In this document: piece after piece, positions 37,531-47,643 of the stretch
Layout of the letters: each line of letters begins with the position of its first letter
How positions within the stretch are numbered: the first letter of the stretch is position 1
Origin: Candidatus Saccharimonadota bacterium
GTDB lineage: Bacteria > Patescibacteriota > Saccharimonadia > Saccharimonadales > AWTP1-31
Assembly: GCA_003962975.1 (NCBI GenBank)
Contig: RXKC01000003.1
Location: 156,381-220,380, forward strand
Length of the DNA: 64,000 nt
Direction: 5' to 3'
The notes under the pieces: model-generated
Told to the model about the DNA's origin: nothing
Database searches by the model: none
The model's input: only the letters and a program-made list of their open reading frames with translations
Translations under genes and position numbers: made by a program

Positions 37531-38961
37531 ATGAAAAACAACGCAGCTGTTGGCTATGCCCTTTTGCTTATTGTTGGCGACTTCCTAATCTTGCTTGCAG
37601 CCTTTAGCCTGGCATACATTCTGCGTGTAAAACTCGACAGCCGGTCCTTGCTACAGGCCATATCTGCTCGCGAGTATTTCTTGGCGCTATTCAGCGTGCT
37701 ACCTTTTTGGATTATCGTGCACGGCTTTATTGGCCTCTACACCCAGAAAATCTATGAGAAACGTTTTGTAGAAGTTGGCCGTCTTTTTGTTGGTTCGGTA
37801 TTAGGCATTCTCGTTATGATTGGTTACAACTTTGTAACTGACGGGAAGCTGGTACCAGCCCGCCTAGTTCCAGTCTATGGCCTCATCATCGCCTTTACGT
37901 TTCTTGTCTTATTCCGTGCTTTTGCCAGAATGGCGCGCCACACCTTGTACGCCTTTGGAATCGGTGTAAGTAACGTGCTCTTAGTTGGTGATACAAACCG
38001 TTCTGTAGAAATCGCCGAGGCAATTGCCAACACCAAAGTAACCGGACAACGAGTAATCGGAATTGTGAGTAAAAAAATTCCTGGCTTCAAACACTATGAG
38101 AACTTCTCTGATGCACTTGATAGAATTACCGAGCCCGTTCACAGCATTATCCAAACTGAGTTGTATAAAGATCAGGAAAAGAACGATACCGTGTTGCGAT
38201 TTGCTCAGGTCAATCACACAGCGTACCGCTTTGTGCCCGGCAATAATGATTTGTTCTTTGGCAACATTGAAGTAGAGCTGTTTGCCGGTAGTATGCCCAT
38301 GATCGCCGTACACCAGACGGCACTGACTGGCTGGGGAAGAATTGTAAAGCGCTTATTCGACGTCGCGATATCGAGCGTAATGTTGGTTATTCTCAGCCCG
38401 CTACTTATCTTGTTGGCATTAGCCGTAAAGTTGGCTGACCCCAAAGGTCCCGTATTTATGCGTGGCAAAGCCCAAAAGCGCCTCACACGGTTTAACAACA
38501 CCTTCGACGTGTACAAGTTCCGCTCTCACTACGCCAAGTACGACGGCAAAACTGACGAAGAAGCCTTTGCTATTGCCGGCAAGCCAGAACTAATGGAAGA
38601 GTACCGCAAGGGTGGCTATAAACTGACTAAAGACTTTCGAGTTACCCCACTCGGCCGATTCTTACGTAAGTTCAGCCTGGACGAGCTGCCGCAACTCATT
38701 AATGTTCTGCGCGGTGATATAAGTCTTGTGGGTCCACGCGCACTTATCCCTGCCGAGCTTAATACCTATGAAAAGAAGCATACTATACTGAGTGTTAAGT
38801 CAGGGCTAACTGGCCTGGCGCAAGTTTCTGGGCGTGACTCAATTAGTTTTGAAGAACGACGCAAGCTAGACACCTTTTATGTACAGAACTGGAGTTTCTG
38901 GCTCGACATTACCATCCTGATTAAGACCATAAAGGTAATCTTTAGAGGCTCCGGCAACTAA
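37531..38961 (+). CDS. polyprenyl-phosphate hexose-1-phosphate transferase (WbaP/CpsE-type initiating glycosylphosphotransferase)
   Basis: 476 aa. N-terminal TM segments. C-terminal sugar-transferase domain KRLFDVAISS...DELPQLINVLRGDISLVGPRA. Confidence 0.88.
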   Translation: MKNNAAVGYALLLIVGDFLILLAAFSLAYILRVKLDSRSLLQAISAREYFLALFSVLPFWIIVHGFIGLYTQKIYEKRFVEVGRLFVGSVLGILVMIGYNFVTDGKLVPARLVPVYGLIIAFTFLVLFRAFARMARHTLYAFGIGVSNVLLVGDTNRSVEIAEAIANTKVTGQRVIGIVSKKIPGFKHYENFSDALDRITEPVHSIIQTELYKDQEKNDTVLRFAQVNHTAYRFVPGNNDLFFGNIEVELFAGSMPMIAVHQTALTGWGRIVKRLFDVAISSVMLVILSPLLILLALAVKLADPKGPVFMRGKAQKRLTRFNNTFDVYKFRSHYAKYDGKTDEEAFAIAGKPELMEEYRKGGYKLTKDFRVTPLGRFLRKFSLDELPQLINVLRGDISLVGPRALIPAELNTYEKKHTILSVKSGLTGLAQVSGRDSISFEERRKLDTFYVQNWSFWLDITILIKTIKVIFRGSGN

Positions 38962-40082
38962 TGAAACATCCTAGGGTAGCCATTGTGGCTGACTGGATAA
39001 TCGGCGGCGGTGCAGAACGCGTAGTGCAACAGCTACACACCATGTATCCTGACGCCCCAATTTATGCCTCGTACTGCACGCCCGAATGGCGAAAACGGCT
39101 CGATAACAAAGTGGTAACTGGCTATCTGCAGAACTGGCCGTTTAGCAGCTTACGTAAGTTTGCCGGCCTGATTAGCCCCTTCCGTATTAGTTGGTACAAG
39201 AACATTGATTTCTCAGACTTTGACATTGTGATCAGCGCCACTGGCAATGGTGACGCCAAACATATTCGCCCACCAAAAGGTGTGACGCATATTGCCTATT
39301 GCTTTACGCCTGTCCACTATTACTGGCGACACTATCAGATGTATCTTACTGACCCTGGCTTTGGTTTTTTAAACCCACTAGCACGCCTTGGCTTGCGCCT
39401 GTTCGTAAAACCGCTACGACGCAAAGACTATGAGGCTGCTCAGCGAGTTGACCATTTTATTGCCATTTCAGACCATATCAAAGATGACATCCAAACCTAT
39501 TACAATCGAGATTCTGCAGTTATATCGCCACCGGTCGACACGGAACGCTTTGCTAATGTTCAAACGAGCGAACGGAGCGGTTACGTAACCATGGGGCGCC
39601 AAGTGCCACACAAACACACCAGCGTGGTAGTTGATGCCTGCACCAAATTAAATGTGCCACTTACCGTTATCGGTAACGGACCCGACCATGACAACCTTGT
39701 TCAGCGCGCCGGTTCTTCGGTTACTTTTTTAACTAATGTCAGTGACTCAGAAATGCCCGAAGCCTTAGCTCGTCACGAGGCCTTTTTGTTTGCATCCATA
39801 GAGGACTTTGGTATTGCTCCCGTCGAAGCCATGGCCGCTGGCACACCAGTTATCGCCATTGCCAAAGGCGGCGCCCTTGACTACGTGAACCCGGGCAAAT
39901 CTGGCTTACTCTTCCAGGACCAGACAGTAGCCTCACTCACAAAGGCTATACAGCAATTCCAATCCCAAAGTTTTAACCCAGCAGCCGTCCGCAAACAAGC
40001 CGAACAATTCTCTAGCTCGCGTTTCGCAAAAGCGATTATAAGTTTCGTGTCCAGCGTAGCTCGCGACTCTAAGGAGAACTAA
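38961..40082 (+). CDS. glycosyltransferase family 4 (GT-B)
   Basis: 373 aa. EDFGIAPVEAMAAGTPVIA motif. Start overlaps the upstream stop (TAATG). Confidence 0.8.
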   Translation: MKHPRVAIVADWIIGGGAERVVQQLHTMYPDAPIYASYCTPEWRKRLDNKVVTGYLQNWPFSSLRKFAGLISPFRISWYKNIDFSDFDIVISATGNGDAKHIRPPKGVTHIAYCFTPVHYYWRHYQMYLTDPGFGFLNPLARLGLRLFVKPLRRKDYEAAQRVDHFIAISDHIKDDIQTYYNRDSAVISPPVDTERFANVQTSERSGYVTMGRQVPHKHTSVVVDACTKLNVPLTVIGNGPDHDNLVQRAGSSVTFLTNVSDSEMPEALARHEAFLFASIEDFGIAPVEAMAAGTPVIAIAKGGALDYVNPGKSGLLFQDQTVASLTKAIQQFQSQSFNPAAVRKQAEQFSSSRFAKAIISFVSSVARDSKEN

Positions 40083-40516
40083 GCTCGTTCTACTTTTCGC
40101 TGCTCTTCGGTTTCATCTGGTCGCAAATAGTCATCTTCTAAGCGCCAAGTAGTGCCCTTTTCGGGAGTAGACACTTCAATAATGTCGCAATCAGTCACAC
40201 CAACTAAGCGATGCCTCTGACCAATAGCCGTTGAGTAGCCGACACCATTTTCCAGCACTGTTTCGGTCAGCTCGCCTTTGCTATTTTCCCAAATAACTTT
40301 GGCTTTGCCAGCCATGAGAAACCAGCTTTCCTGCTTTTCATCATGGATCTGCAGCGACAAGCGTGCCCCAGCATTAACATGAATGACCTTGCCCATATAC
40401 GGTGCCTCTTCTGGCACCCAGTGCAGCTCCCAACCCCAAGGCTTTTCTATACGCCTTACATAAGAAGCTTGTGAGAAATCTTTCGGATCATACGTCGGGT
40501 GATTGCTATCTGCCAC
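40079..40516 (-). CDS. cupin-domain protein resembling the C-terminal mannose-6-phosphate isomerase domain of type II PMI-GMP enzymes
   Basis: 145 aa. KPWGWELHWV...VIHVNAGARLSLQIHDEKQESWFLMAGKA cupin motifs. Confidence 0.65.
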   Translation of the reverse strand: MADSNHPTYDPKDFSQASYVRRIEKPWGWELHWVPEEAPYMGKVIHVNAGARLSLQIHDEKQESWFLMAGKAKVIWENSKGELTETVLENGVGYSTAIGQRHRLVGVTDCDIIEVSTPEKGTTWRLEDDYLRPDETEEQRKVERA

Positions 40517-40520
40517 TACG

Positions 40521-41285
40521 CTAGTTCCTTTCTATGGTCGCTAGTACTGCTCGCAGAGCAATTGCAGTGTGCTGCCAATGAGACACCTCAAGCGAGTCGA
40601 TGCCCATAGCTTTTACTGGGTAGTCATTGCCACCTTCTGCCAAACGGTCGCCAAAGAATAAAATCTGTTCTTTGCTCACTTCGAGTATGTCCATGAGTTT
40701 GTGCATACCGTAAGCCTTGTCGATACCAAGTTTTGTGACGTCAATAGAGGTTGAACCACCCGCACGTACCTCAAATTGCGGAATGCGCTGTGCCACATAG
40801 TTGCGGAGTTTTAGCTTTTTGCTATTATCAGGATCCCACTCTTCTTTAGCATCAACTGGCGCTTCCTGCCCCAAAGCAGAAAGCGTCACCTGACTACCAC
40901 GGTCTTCGATTAATTCTCCCCATGGCTTGGCTTCACGGTATTTGAGAGCATCTAAGCCTTCACCTAGGGCAGCTACAATTTGTTTCTTTTCTTCCTCTGT
41001 GAAATCTTCAGCATACACCATTTGCCAATCGGCTTTGACCACATCATAACGGTAATAGCGAGTACCGCAGGTAGGCATTAAGTGCAGTGCTTCAAGCTTT
41101 ATCGGATCAGCTTTTAGGTTGGCGAGGAGTTGTTTTTGGAACTGCTCAAACTTACCACCTGAGATAACACAGACTTGAAAGTAACCTAGTAGTTCGTCCA
41201 GAATTTCTGACATTTCGTCGGGCAAGGGCGACTTGCTCTCGGCAAGTGTTCCGTCCAAATCAAAGGCAATAATTTTTCGTCGCAT
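40521..41285 (-). CDS. HAD-IIB phosphomannomutase, eukaryotic PMM-type
   Basis: 254 aa. FDLDGTLAESKSPLPDEM...VISGGKFEQFQKQL...GGSTSIDV...FFGDRLAEGGNDYP parallels the eukaryotic PMM layout (FDVDGTLT...GGSDF...FFGDKT..GGND). Confidence 0.7.
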   Translation of the reverse strand: MRRKIIAFDLDGTLAESKSPLPDEMSEILDELLGYFQVCVISGGKFEQFQKQLLANLKADPIKLEALHLMPTCGTRYYRYDVVKADWQMVYAEDFTEEEKKQIVAALGEGLDALKYREAKPWGELIEDRGSQVTLSALGQEAPVDAKEEWDPDNSKKLKLRNYVAQRIPQFEVRAGGSTSIDVTKLGIDKAYGMHKLMDILEVSKEQILFFGDRLAEGGNDYPVKAMGIDSLEVSHWQHTAIALRAVLATIERN

Positions 41286-41293
41286 AGTTCTCC

Positions 41294-42358
41294 TTATGAT
41301 TTTTCCTTCGGATTTTTTTTGAGTAATTCAGCAACCTGCTTCACTTTTTGGGCCTGGTCAGTACGCATTACCAATACACCGTGCTCGGTATTTACCACCA
41401 CGACGTTATCCATACCAATCACTGCCAGCGGACGTGATTTACAGTCATTACGTACGTAAACCTGGGCACTATCTAGAACATGTACATTATCACCAAACAC
41501 CGCGTTACCGCTTTCATCACGAGCAGTCACTTGGTGGATCTCATCGAATGAACCCACGTCCATCCAGTCAAACGTTCCCGGCATCACCAAAAGATCAGGC
41601 ACTTTTTCCATGAGAGCAATGTCTATGGCTTCTTTTTGAAAATCTAGATATATAGCATCGCGCTCTTTTGTGGTCTTTGCCTTTTCTAGGCGCTCTAACT
41701 GACTTGTCCACTCGTCATCGGCATATGACTTAATCTTATCCACAAAGACGTTATACGGAGCTACAAAATAACCCATGTTCCAAAAGTACTCACCGCTTTC
41801 AAAATAGCCTTTGGCAATTTCGTAGGCTGGCTTCTCTTTAAAGCTCTTTATCTCGTGCACAAAGTTATCACTATCAAACACGTCACCCTTTTGAATGTAA
41901 CCGTACTTGATATCAGGCTGATTTGGCTCCATGCCAAGCAGGACGATTCGCTGATGTTTTTTCGAAACTGAGCCTGCCCGCTTTATGGCCTGCGCAAAAC
42001 CACGAGCGTCACGAATCTGGTGATCAGCATGTATAGAGGCGATGGGCTCCTCGGGGTCATGCCTGGTACTAATGAACTGCAAGGCATTCATGATACACGG
42101 CATAGTATCTCGTCGGGCTGGCTCGACAATCACCTGATCCTTACTTAGTTCTGGTAGCTGCTCATTAACATGATCTGAGTGACCGGCCTCTGTTGAGATA
42201 TAAATTTTATCGACAGAAGTTATTTTCTTGGCACGTTCGAAAGTATTCTGTAATAGTGACTTGTCGCCAACAATACTGAGAAGGTGTTTTGGATATTCGG
42301 GAACAGAAAGAGGCCATAAGCGTGTGCCCGACCCTCCGGCAACAATCACAACAATCAT
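41294..42358 (-). CDS. manC: mannose-1-phosphate guanylyltransferase (nucleotidyltransferase domain only)
   Basis: 354 aa. [16 protein letters not shown]-terminus. No fused cupin domain. Confidence 0.85.
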   Translation of the reverse strand: MIVVIVAGGSGTRLWPLSVPEYPKHLLSIVGDKSLLQNTFERAKKITSVDKIYISTEAGHSDHVNEQLPELSKDQVIVEPARRDTMPCIMNALQFISTRHDPEEPIASIHADHQIRDARGFAQAIKRAGSVSKKHQRIVLLGMEPNQPDIKYGYIQKGDVFDSDNFVHEIKSFKEKPAYEIAKGYFESGEYFWNMGYFVAPYNVFVDKIKSYADDEWTSQLERLEKAKTTKERDAIYLDFQKEAIDIALMEKVPDLLVMPGTFDWMDVGSFDEIHQVTARDESGNAVFGDNVHVLDSAQVYVRNDCKSRPLAVIGMDNVVVVNTEHGVLVMRTDQAQKVKQVAELLKKNPKEKS

Positions 42359-42413
42359 GGAAGTATGATATCAAACCCTGTGCAATTGCCGAAAAGTCTT
42401 TTAGCTTTCCGCA

Positions 42414-43295
42414 TTAATTTACAATGTTTGTATCAAGATAGGTGTTACCGTTGTTGTTTTTAACAAGCTGATAGTTTCCATTCGTGTCATAGACCTTAAC
42501 TTGCACCCTATACTTACCTGATGCTAAACCTTGCACATTCCAATTGAACTGGTAAAGATTCCCCGCTGCCGGTCTGGTAACGGAATGTGCGAGTGCATCT
42601 GCTTCTAGGCTATTAATGTACCATTCAACTTTACTGACATCCATTCCGTTACCAGCATTGAGGCCAATGTAAATCTCGCGCTGGCCACGGGGCCATGTTA
42701 TGTCATTCTGCTGTACAAAAGTACCTGCGACCGTACCAAGTGTCTCTACTTGTGTGATCATTTGATCAAGGTACGGATTGCCTTCATTATTTAGCGCAAA
42801 GCTGAACTTACCATTAGTATCATACACGCGCACAACCCAACGGTATGTGCCAGCTGGCAGACCTTCTAGCGACCAATTATACTGGAACAAATTACCGACG
42901 GACGACGAATCTGCCGTGTGCCTCAGGTCACTTGTCGCCGTATTTACTAGGTACCATTCAACTTTACTGACATCACTTGCAGCAGCGTTGCCAGCATTGA
43001 GGCCAACATAACCTTCTTTCTGGCCAGCTGGCCATGCTACATTATTTTGCTGCACAAACGTGCCGGCAATTGCACTTTTCTCATCTTTCGGTGTCTTCTT
43101 CGCTTCTGTAACCGTACTATCAATCGGTTTGATCTTCGTTTTTTTCTGCGGAGCTACACTTGTTTGATTGCTTCTAGTCTTCCCCGATTGGCTAACTCTA
43201 TAGCCGACAAAACCAATGATTAGTACTGCACCAACAACTGCCACAAGCACTAAGGGGTGGGCAATTCCATTTTGATTTTTTAGTTTTTGGTTCAT
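42414..43295 (-). CDS. membrane-anchored extracellular protein with two ~105-aa Ig-like repeats
   Basis: 293 aa. N-terminal TM anchor. AGTFVQQNNVAWPAGQKEGYVGLNAGN...VRVYDTNGKF is repeated as AGTFVQQNDITWPRGQREIYIGLNAGN...VKVYDTNGNY. Confidence 0.7.
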   Translation of the reverse strand: MNQKLKNQNGIAHPLVLVAVVGAVLIIGFVGYRVSQSGKTRSNQTSVAPQKKTKIKPIDSTVTEAKKTPKDEKSAIAGTFVQQNNVAWPAGQKEGYVGLNAGNAAASDVSKVEWYLVNTATSDLRHTADSSSVGNLFQYNWSLEGLPAGTYRWVVRVYDTNGKFSFALNNEGNPYLDQMITQVETLGTVAGTFVQQNDITWPRGQREIYIGLNAGNGMDVSKVEWYINSLEADALAHSVTRPAAGNLYQFNWNVQGLASGKYRVQVKVYDTNGNYQLVKNNNGNTYLDTNIVN

Positions 43296-43390
43296 TTACG
43301 GTGTCCTTACTTATAGACATAACTATACACCCGTACGCTACAGTTAATACAATAATTCATCTGTCACACTACCTTTGTTATACTTCCCAT

Positions 43391-44401
43391 ATGACTACTA
43401 TTTTGGTGACAGGCGGTGCAGGATTTATTGGTGCGAACTTTGTTTATTACATGGCAGAGCAGTATCCAAATTACAAAATCATGGTAGTCGATAAACTTAC
43501 GTACGCAGGCGACAAGGCCCGACTTGAGCAACTAGGAGAGCGCGTCTCTTTTGTTGAGACTGATATTTGTGATGAACAAAAGATGGACGAAGTACTTAAT
43601 GGCGTTGACTGGGTAGTTCACTTTGCTGCCGAGACTCATGTGGATCGCTCTATTGCTGAACCTGGGCCTTTCTTGCGAAGCAATATTTTAGGTACCGAGA
43701 CGCTAGTTCGACTCGCACTCAAGTATAAGGTGAAGCGCTTTCATCATGTTTCGACAGACGAAGTTTTTGGCAGCCTCAGCCTTGATAGCCCTGAAAAGTT
43801 CAATGAACTCACGCCATACGACCCTCGCAGCCCATACGCTGCAAGTAAAGCTGCAAGTGATCATATTGTTCGTGCATATGGCGAAACATACGGCCTTCCC
43901 TACACAATCACTAATTGCTCTAATAACTATGGTGCGTACGACTCGCCAGGACGCGTTATCCCGCTTTTTATTGCCAATGCGCTGCAGGATAAACCTTTGC
44001 CTGTATACGGCAACGGTTCGGCGGTGCGCGACTATTTATTTGTTACTGATCACTGCCGTGCCATTGACCTAGTTTTACACAAAGGCACCATTGGGAAAAC
44101 CTATTGTGTTGGCGGCGCCACTCAAAAGAATGGTATTGAAGTAGCGGAAGCAATCTTAAAGATTCTTAATAAACCGGCCGGTCTTCTACAATTTGTCGAA
44201 GACCGGCCCGGCCACGACATGCGCTATGAAATTGATTCATCTTACATTAAAGATGAGCTGGGCTGGCAACCAAGCGTTAGTTTTGAAGAAGGACTGGCAG
44301 AGACTATTGAATGGTACAAAACTCACCAGGACTGGTGGACTCCTTTTGCAGAACGCATGACGCTACTGCGCGAGTCGACAAACTACAGAGGAAACGCATG
44401 A
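43391..44401 (+). CDS. rfbB: dTDP-glucose 4,6-dehydratase
   Basis: ORF 43301-44401 trimmed to ATG 43391 (MTTILVTGGAGFIGANF). YAASKAASDH catalytic motif. Confidence 0.92.
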   Translation: MTTILVTGGAGFIGANFVYYMAEQYPNYKIMVVDKLTYAGDKARLEQLGERVSFVETDICDEQKMDEVLNGVDWVVHFAAETHVDRSIAEPGPFLRSNILGTETLVRLALKYKVKRFHHVSTDEVFGSLSLDSPEKFNELTPYDPRSPYAASKAASDHIVRAYGETYGLPYTITNCSNNYGAYDSPGRVIPLFIANALQDKPLPVYGNGSAVRDYLFVTDHCRAIDLVLHKGTIGKTYCVGGATQKNGIEVAEAILKILNKPAGLLQFVEDRPGHDMRYEIDSSYIKDELGWQPSVSFEEGLAETIEWYKTHQDWWTPFAERMTLLRESTNYRGNA

Positions 44402-44991
44402 CAAACAAAGACGATATTACCCAAACAGGCCAGAGAGGTGTCCACAAGACAAAGTTTGCAGACATGCTAATCTTTGATCTCAATATATTCACCGACCCAC
44501 GTGGATCTTTTACTGAAGTATGGCAATCAGAGGCTATGGAACAAATGGGCCTACCAAAGCTACAGCCAAAACAGTTGGGCGTATCTCGCTCAAAGCAAGG
44601 CACAATTCGCGCTATTCATGCCGAGCCATACGATAAAATTGTCAGCGCGCTTACCGGTAGAATTTTCTGCGCCATGGTGGATCTAAGACCAGAATCTGAA
44701 ACTTTTGGACAAGTCGACAGTTTTGAATTAGATAGCACTCAGATGCTCTACATTCCTAATGGTATTGGTAACGCCACGCAAGCCATTAGCGAAGAGGATG
44801 TTCTGTACTGCTACTGCGTAACTGGCATTTGGAGTGCCGAAAAAGCTTACTCTGGGCAGTACATTGCCATACACTACGCCGATCCAGACTTGAATATTCA
44901 ATGGCCAATTCGTGGTGGCAAAGAAATTGTTTCGAACAAAGATCGGCAGAATAAACTCATGCGCGACTATTTTCCGGAGCATTATGTATGA
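44398..44991 (+). CDS. rfbC: dTDP-4-dehydrorhamnose 3,5-epimerase
   Basis: ORF trimmed to ATG 44398 (ATGA overlap with rfbB). FTDPRGSFTEVW and a cupin fold. Confidence 0.88.
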   Translation: MTNKDDITQTGQRGVHKTKFADMLIFDLNIFTDPRGSFTEVWQSEAMEQMGLPKLQPKQLGVSRSKQGTIRAIHAEPYDKIVSALTGRIFCAMVDLRPESETFGQVDSFELDSTQMLYIPNGIGNATQAISEEDVLYCYCVTGIWSAEKAYSGQYIAIHYADPDLNIQWPIRGGKEIVSNKDRQNKLMRDYFPEHYV

Positions 44992-45851
44992 GCAAGCTTG
45001 ATGAATCACGCATTTTAATTGTTGGCAGCAACGGTCAGCTGGGTCGAGCACTCACAAAACAGTACCCAAAAGCGAGAGCTATTGATAGTGATCAGCTAGA
45101 TATTAGTGACCAAGCTTCGGTCGATTCTTTTGACTGGACCGACATAAAAGTAATCATTAACGCCGCTGGCTACACAAATGTGGATGCAGCAGAAACATCT
45201 GAAGGTCGTGTGCTCGCATGGCAAGTCAACGCCGTTGCGGTCAAGAATTTAGTGCACGCTGCCTGGACCCGCCAGTTGATGCTAGTGCATGTTTCTAGTG
45301 ACTACGTTTTTGACGGAACACAGACACCCCATAAGGAAGCTGAGGTCTTGAGCCCGCTAAGCGTCTATGGTGCCAGCAAAGCAGCTGGTGACTTACTGGC
45401 AGCACAACTTGATGAACACTACATTATCCGAACAAGCTGGGTAGTTGGTGAAGGCAAAAATTTTGTGCGTACCATGCACGATCTCGCGAAAAAAGGTGTA
45501 AGCCCGGCAGTTGTTGATGATCAAATTGGTCGACCAACTTTTACCACCGAGATTGCACGAGCTATTGATCACCTGCTATCAACCAGCGCCCCATTCGGAA
45601 CATATAACATTACCAATGACGGCGAGCCAATAAGTTGGGCTGATGTTGCTCATGAAGTCTTTACGAAAGCTAATGCAGAGGGCAGTGTTACCAGCATAAC
45701 GACAGCCCAGTATTTCGCAGGACATCCGAACTCCGCCCCTCGCCCTATGCACAGCACACTAGATCTCGGCAAAATACAAGCCACAGGTTTCGCTTCCGCA
45801 GATTGGAAAAGTGATCTCAAAAAATACATTGAACGGGAGACACAAAGATGA
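44988..45851 (+). CDS. rfbD: dTDP-4-dehydrorhamnose reductase
   Basis: 287 aa. [11 protein letters not shown]...[13 protein letters not shown]...YGASKAAGD. Confidence 0.9.
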   Translation: MSKLDESRILIVGSNGQLGRALTKQYPKARAIDSDQLDISDQASVDSFDWTDIKVIINAAGYTNVDAAETSEGRVLAWQVNAVAVKNLVHAAWTRQLMLVHVSSDYVFDGTQTPHKEAEVLSPLSVYGASKAAGDLLAAQLDEHYIIRTSWVVGEGKNFVRTMHDLAKKGVSPAVVDDQIGRPTFTTEIARAIDHLLSTSAPFGTYNITNDGEPISWADVAHEVFTKANAEGSVTSITTAQYFAGHPNSAPRPMHSTLDLGKIQATGFASADWKSDLKKYIERETQR

Positions 45852-46708
45852 AAGGTATTATTCTTGCTGGTGGCTCTGGCACCCGACTTTACCCCATAAC
45901 CAAGGGTATCTCTAAGCAACTAGTCCCCATTTACGATAAGCCTATGATTTACTACCCACTCAGTACGTTAATGATGGCCGGCATCACAGATATTTTGATT
46001 ATCACCACTCCTCATGACCAAGACCAATTTATGCGGCTGCTCGGCGATGGCAGCGACTGGGGTGTTTCATTGCAATACGCCAAACAAGATACACCTAATG
46101 GCCTTGCAGAGGCCTTCATTATTGGCGAAGATTTTATTGGCAGTGATAAGGTCGCTTTGATTTTAGGTGACAACATTTTTTATGGCCATGACTTTGACGA
46201 AAGCTTAAAGGAGTGCACCAACCCTCATGGTGGCATAGTGTTTGCCTACCCCGTCTCGGATCCCGAGAGGTATGGCGTAGTGTCCTTTGATGACCAACAA
46301 AACGCATTATCGGTTGTAGAGAAACCCGAAAATCCCAGTTCCAACTACGCTGTCGTCGGCCTCTATTTTTATGACAATACAGTGATTGATATTGCCAAAA
46401 CTATCAAGCCAAGCGATCGCGGCGAATTAGAAATAACAAGCATTAATGATGCTTACCTGAAGCAAGGCAAACTGAAGGTACAAAAGATGGATCGTGGCTC
46501 TGTGTGGCTTGATACGGGCACATTTGAATCTATTAATGAAGCCAGTGAATACATTAGTGTTATTGAGAAGCGAACCGGCATGAAGATTGGCTGCCCAGAA
46601 GAAATTGCTTACCGCGAAGGTTATATAACTAAAGAACAATTGCGAGCCCTTGCTCAACCACTTACAAAAAGTGGCTATGGAAACTATTTAGAGTCATTGC
46701 TCAGCTGA
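45848..46708 (+). CDS. rfbA: glucose-1-phosphate thymidylyltransferase
   Basis: 286 aa. [18 protein letters not shown]...[15 protein letters not shown]. Confidence 0.93.
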   Translation: MKGIILAGGSGTRLYPITKGISKQLVPIYDKPMIYYPLSTLMMAGITDILIITTPHDQDQFMRLLGDGSDWGVSLQYAKQDTPNGLAEAFIIGEDFIGSDKVALILGDNIFYGHDFDESLKECTNPHGGIVFAYPVSDPERYGVVSFDDQQNALSVVEKPENPSSNYAVVGLYFYDNTVIDIAKTIKPSDRGELEITSINDAYLKQGKLKVQKMDRGSVWLDTGTFESINEASEYISVIEKRTGMKIGCPEEIAYREGYITKEQLRALAQPLTKSGYGNYLESLLS

Positions 46709-47643
46709 TCGAAGTACTCGATCGTATTCTTCAGCCCCTCTCTCAAGGCTATTCTGGGCTCCCAACCAAAAGCGTCTTTTGCTTTGGCAATGACTGGCTT
46801 GCGCTGCAAGGGGTCATCGGCCGGAAGCGGCAGTTTTGTGATAGCTGATTTGCTTTTGGTTAGTTCTATCACGATGTCTGCAAGTTCCCTAATAGTAAAC
46901 TCGCCTGGGTTACCAAGATTAATAGGATCGTGCTCATTTGAATCAATTAGCAAGGTTATGGCAGTAACTAAATCGGACACATAACAAAAGCTTCTGGTCT
47001 GAGTTCCTTCCCCGTATATTGTCAGCGGCTCTCCTGACAGAGCTTGCACAATAAAGTTTGAAACAACCCGGCCGTCATGCGCATCCATACGCGGACCATA
47101 AGTGTTGAAGAAACGACCAATATAGGTTTGAACGTCTGGATAGCGTTCACGATACGAGTAGATCAATGCCTCTGCATAACGCTTTGCCTCGTCGTACATT
47201 GCCCGAGGACCATAGCAGTTTACGCTGCCGCGATAACTTTCCGGCTGCGGGTGAATCTCTGGGTCACCATACACTTCACTGGTACTTGCGTGAAAAAACT
47301 TTGCTTCGTTACTTCGCGCCAACTCTAACAAGCGAAGAGTCCCTTCTGAGCCGACTCGAAGAGTCTCTAAGCTCAGTCGTTGGTAATGTGGCGGACTAGC
47401 CGGTGAGGCCATATTGAGAATAATGTCATAACGTTTGCCTGTTACTGATTCTGGCAAATCATCAACAATATCAGCTTCTACAAATAAGAATCGAGGTTCG
47501 CCCTTCAGATGTGCCACATTGTTGGCGTTACCAGTTGATAGATTATCTACAGCCACAACATCGTAGCCAGCGGCCAAATAGTGATCAGCAAGATGAGAAC
47601 CTAAAAATCCAGCTCCACCGCTAATCAGAACTGTTTTTGTCAC
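46684..47643 (-). CDS. UDP-glucuronate decarboxylase (UDP-xylose synthase)
   Basis: 319 aa. [12 protein letters not shown]...ASPASPPHY...[19 protein letters not shown]...YDEAKR...[39 protein letters not shown] closely parallels UXS enzymes. Confidence 0.88.
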   Translation of the reverse strand: MTKTVLISGGAGFLGSHLADHYLAAGYDVVAVDNLSTGNANNVAHLKGEPRFLFVEADIVDDLPESVTGKRYDIILNMASPASPPHYQRLSLETLRVGSEGTLRLLELARSNEAKFFHASTSEVYGDPEIHPQPESYRGSVNCYGPRAMYDEAKRYAEALIYSYRERYPDVQTYIGRFFNTYGPRMDAHDGRVVSNFIVQALSGEPLTIYGEGTQTRSFCYVSDLVTAITLLIDSNEHDPINLGNPGEFTIRELADIVIELTKSKSAITKLPLPADDPLQRKPVIAKAKDAFGWEPRIALREGLKNTIEYFDQLSNDSK

